Shown here piece after piece: positions 59,807-64,000 of a stretch of 64,000 nucleotides of DNA. The translations under genes were made by a program, and so were the position numbers. The notes beneath the pieces are model-generated. The model saw only the letters and a list, made by a program, of their open reading frames with translations. It had not been told where the DNA came from and ran no database searches. The DNA is from Folioceros fuciformis. Lineage: Eukaryota. The stretch lies in the NCBI GenBank assembly GCA_049999805.1, contig JBNGIO010005869.1, positions 1 to 64,000 on the forward strand, in the 5' to 3' direction. Each line of letters starts with the position of its first letter. Position 1 is the first letter of the stretch.

Positions 59807-62800
59807 TCACATTCGGAAGTCCATCACACAGACTGTGTTGTTGGAGAAGCACGCTGCAACTTTGTCGCCATCCCTGTTCCAGCACACCTCGAAGATGCCT
59901 CCACTGCCTCTGTAGGTCTTTACCAGTCGCCCATCTTTCACGGACCAGATGTGCAGGCATTTGTCAAAGGAGCCGCTGGCTAGGTACTCCCCGTTGGGAC
60001 TGAAGGCAACAGAATAGACTGGCTCGCTGCAACCAGAACAAAGGGTGTGGTTGTCAAACTATCTCCAAACCTGACAAGAACAACAATGTTCTTGGAACAT
60101 GGTCAAAACCCCACCTGTGATGTGTTAGGCTGAAAAGCTGACTCCCTACTTCAACCTCCCATAGCTTTATGGTGGCATCAAACGAGGCACTGCGAGCCAC
60201 AGTTGTTCCATCAGCACCCTGAAACAGGTAGATACAGCCCAAAACTAATTACGGACGCTAAGCTACGACCAGCTGTGCCTCAGTTCACCTTGCTAGGACC
60301 AGTTGCTGGTTTGGGTTATTTGTTCCCGGCCCTGTTGGACTCCATTTTATCGTGTAAATCTCCTGTGGGTCATGGACAACACATGTACACGGTCTCATTA
60401 TCACAGCCACCACTTGTACGTATCCACATTACTGCTCCATGACACAAGAAAACCACACTGTACGAACCCTTGTGTGGTCCCTCAAGTCATGGAGGCATTT
60501 ATCTTGCTTTAAACTCCAGATTTTGGCAGTGGAGTCATCGGAGCACGAGGCTAAGAGAGTGCCAGTGGGATCCCACTTTATCGCATTCACTTCATTCTGT
60601 CATACTTAGGCTTAGTACTTGTCTCACACAGGGAAAACTCGCAATCTAAAGCTGGAAAGAACATTGCATACCACGTGTCCTTGAAAGGACTTGACAGGCC
60701 TAGTGTCTCCCAGCTTACAAACATAAATCATCATGTCAGTCGAGCACGTTGCAAAAGAGACATTGTTGCGCCAATCCACATCAAGGGTTGGAGCTGTCAA
60801 CGACCAATGACCACAAACAGTGAGAATTGGTGTTATCTTCACGTCTACTACAGAAAAAAAGAACAACAAAAACACCGTGGGCACTGATGACATACCTGAA
60901 TGAAACTCAAATTGCTGTTTCACATCCCCGGTTTTAGCATCCCAGATGATAGCGGTCTTATCAACACTCCCACTCAACAAGCAATCCCCTTTCTTGTTCC
61001 ACTTCAAGGAGAAAATTGGGCCCTTGTGCTTGTTTAAAGTGTTCTTTAAATCACCTGCAACTCCAAGGCGTACTCAAAATGCATCTAAACGAAAAGAAAA
61101 CAGCCACTTCAAGAAATCCAGACAAAGCTCTTACCATCCTTGCTCCAGATTCTCGCCTGACCATCATAAGAACCAGTTGCAAGAAGTGACCCTTCTCCCT
61201 GAACAAAACAAAGAGCATAAAAAGCTAGCCACAGCCAATGAGAAAACGGAGGAAAGGAAGAGATTTGACTGCAAGCCTTTTTTTATGTACTAACATTCCA
61301 GTCCAAAGTTGTAACATCTTTGCTTTTCTCATTTGTTTTCCCCTTAAAGTGCTTCAGCACAAGAGGCTTTGGAGCTGAAGCTTGCGCTGTACTCCCAGAT
61401 GGCCCATCTGCAATTGACCAAATCCGAGCAGTCGAATCCCCAGAACTGGAAAAAAGAACAAGCCCATCAAAAAAAGTCATGTTTCTACAGTCTTTGACAC
61501 TGAGTAGTTGGCCCTTGATTTTGTAATGGAGGGAACAGAACAAGGATATCACACTGCCCTACGCTTAGTTGGTTCTAAATCGTTCCAGTACTCGTTTGTA
61601 TCTCTTTCCAGAATGCTTAGCTAGTCTCATTTAAGTTACCTCTAAACGCGGCCGCACACACAGTGTTACAAAACCACCATGTTTCTGCCAACAGCAAAAG
61701 TACTTACCCTGATGCCAAAAGAGACCCTGTTGGACTCCATGCACAGATAAAGACCTGAACGATAAACACAGCTTCTGTGAGAAATAAGCAACTATTGTCC
61801 AAATGCTTCGACAGAGTTCAAGGCAGTTGATTAGTACCTCCGACAGGTGTCCCTCAAGAATTGTGACATCCGAGATAGATATCTCACTAGCCTGATGAGA
61901 GGATAAAGCATTACCAATCTCCATGGGTTCTGGTCCTACAAGAAGACAAGTTCCGGAAATCATGACGAGTATACAAAAGACTTGTGTCCTACAGAAAAAG
62001 AACTGAAAATGCCACCAATCAAGACATGCAGGGCAGAGCACAGTCCGAGCCTTGCCAACAGGATCTGCCTTTCCTGTTAGTCAGCAGAAGTAGCGTTCCT
62101 TTTGTCTCACCAGAATCTAGAGAGTTGTTCTCTTATGGACCTGTCCTCATGCAGTAGCTTGTTCCATCCATTCTATCGAGAATTTGCTGTCTTTTGACAA
62201 ACTCTCAGGCACTAGGAAACTGAACTACTGAAATAATTCACCTTGACTACATGGTACAGTCAGTTAGGGCAGAAGAAAATCGCACCTCCAGAGGATGTTT
62301 TAGTATCTTCGACCTTCTGGATTTTCACCTTATCGTGCTCACGGTCCCTTTCGAGACGGTCTCGATCTCGATCCTTCTCCTTCTCTTTATCTCTTTCCCT
62401 ATCACGCTCTCGTTCAAGTCTCTCCCTCTCGCGCTCTCGCTCTCTCTCTTGCTTCTCCCTTTCTCTCTCCCTTTCCCTTTCTCGCTCCCTCTCCTTCTCC
62501 CTCTCCTTCTCCTTCTCTTTTTCCTTCTCCTTTTCTTTCTCCTTATTTATCTTGTCCTTCTTATCTCTGATAGCCTGTCGTAACTCTGCTACATCTTTAG
62601 TAAGAAGGTCGACAGGCTGCAACAGGGAGATATCTCCATCAACATCTGTACCATCCTGAATCGCCACATGCACACATAAAGATGGTCATAAACGCCCCTC
62701 GCACGACGGAAGCACTGCCTTTTAAGGCCAGCTAAGGCACGCGGGATCGATCACATGGAATACGCACAGAACGGTTGCTCACTTCATTCAGGTTGGCTTC

Positions 62801-63516
62801 AAGTTCCAGATACTGAAGTCCCTTCTGAACGAAGGAAACCAGTGCACCAGGAGGCACCTGATTTCCATCAATGACAGTCTTGTTCAGCCCAGCCTCGTAA
62901 CCTAGAACGAACGCACTGTGTTGGAAGCCTGCACCACAAGCAAAACAAAACGGGTCAAGGGCTACAGCGACACAAAACCCAAGACGGTAGACCGTGGGCG
63001 TCAAGCTACTGCACTACAACACGACTATATATATTCCGTCCCAAGACAGCAAAAGAAAACGACGAATCCTAGCACAAATCACACAAACAAAAGTAGATAA
63101 TACTAACTCTATTAGGCCATCCTCTCTGCAAAGACCTTAGTTTCCATCTCTAGAGAAGATTATGAGGACAAAACTAGCTGAACCACTTGACAGTCCTCTA
63201 CTGGTGGAGAGGAAACATCCCTGTTTCCCAAATTGCAAGTAGGATGAACTTCCTAGCATGCCACGCCACGAGAATCATGCGATTAAGATCATGTCTCCAA
63301 TTAGGGCAACGGAGCCAAATCTGCTGCACGCTTAAAATCGCACATGGCAGGGCTCAGTGCAACCAGACCAGTCAGCTGGCTACACAACTGACACTCAACA
63401 CACACTGCTGGGCATAGAAGCTCACGTTCCCTACCGTAAATAGCAGCACAAGTACCTGACTCCTGAAGGTATCGAAATATCAGAAAATTGAGCTCGACAG
63501 AAGTGATGGCAGACAT
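59807..63516 (-). CDS. HOS15: LisH/WD40 corepressor HOS15 (TBL1-like), multi-exon
   Basis: [52 protein letters not shown] repeat tract, [63 protein letters not shown]. Confidence 0.96.
62340..62545 (-). repeat. Coding low-complexity (EK/ER/DR)n tract in HOS15
   Basis: Purine-rich hexamer repeats on the minus strand. Confidence 0.9.
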
Positions 63517-64000
63517 TGGCGCCCACTCTCATACCACGCTCACTGAGCACATTTCACAGCCCTCGCCGCCAAGCCCAGTTCAGCTCGCAGTACGCGAATA
63601 CGTCGACTCCACCTGCTTGCCCAGTGCAACCGCTATCACTCGTCAGGAAGGACCCATGTCGATGTCTTCCCGCCGGAATAGATGCATCCCAGTAAGTACG
63701 TAGATGGGTTGGTGACCACCCACGCTCATCACCTACCGGCAAATCCCGGTGACCACGAAAAACCGAAGCATTACTAACGGACGGGCGTACCACAGCAAAC
63801 AGACAGCTCCAGAAACAGAACTCCCCGTTAGGCAGTAGTACTTCCCGGTTAATGACCAGTGTCTAGTGTTAAATAGTATTTGCTTCTTGGTGTCTTGAAT
63901 GTGATATCTTCACTTACTTTTATACAGCATCTTGTTTAATGTTGGATGCAAGGAGTTTGTAGCTCTTCATTAGTCTCTTTGACTTCATCAAGAGGTTGAA

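Overview
Gene-dense land-plant nuclear DNA with short (mostly ~80-150 bp) GT-AG introns. A compact seed-free plant genome such as a hornwort or lycophyte is plausible, but this is inference only. There are three assembly gaps (9184-9283, 16084-16183, 41044-41443). Host genes, in order: 3' end of a class III peroxidase plus a tandem pseudogene copy, plastid glycerol-3-phosphate dehydrogenase, two tandem SGNH/CE6-type esterases (one has lost its catalytic Ser and His), GH3 pseudogene, IRK-like LRR-RLK, PPR protein, PAP2/9-like purple acid phosphatase, DAD1-like phospholipase A1, CPI1 head-to-head with OEP80, an LRR receptor with a WAK-type kinase, a conserved unknown protein, an F-box/LRR protein and HOS15. 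The accessory block at ~9.3-25.9 kb is the most unusual part. It holds a decayed, intron-containing IS3EU-like DDE transposase next to a HECT E3-ligase-like ORF. It also holds a nested, recent Copia element with non-canonical TA...CA LTRs and two extra open ORFs, and two non-autonomous TATGG...CCATA TIR elements with imperfect 6-bp TSDs. All family assignments come from manual motif recognition, not database searches.
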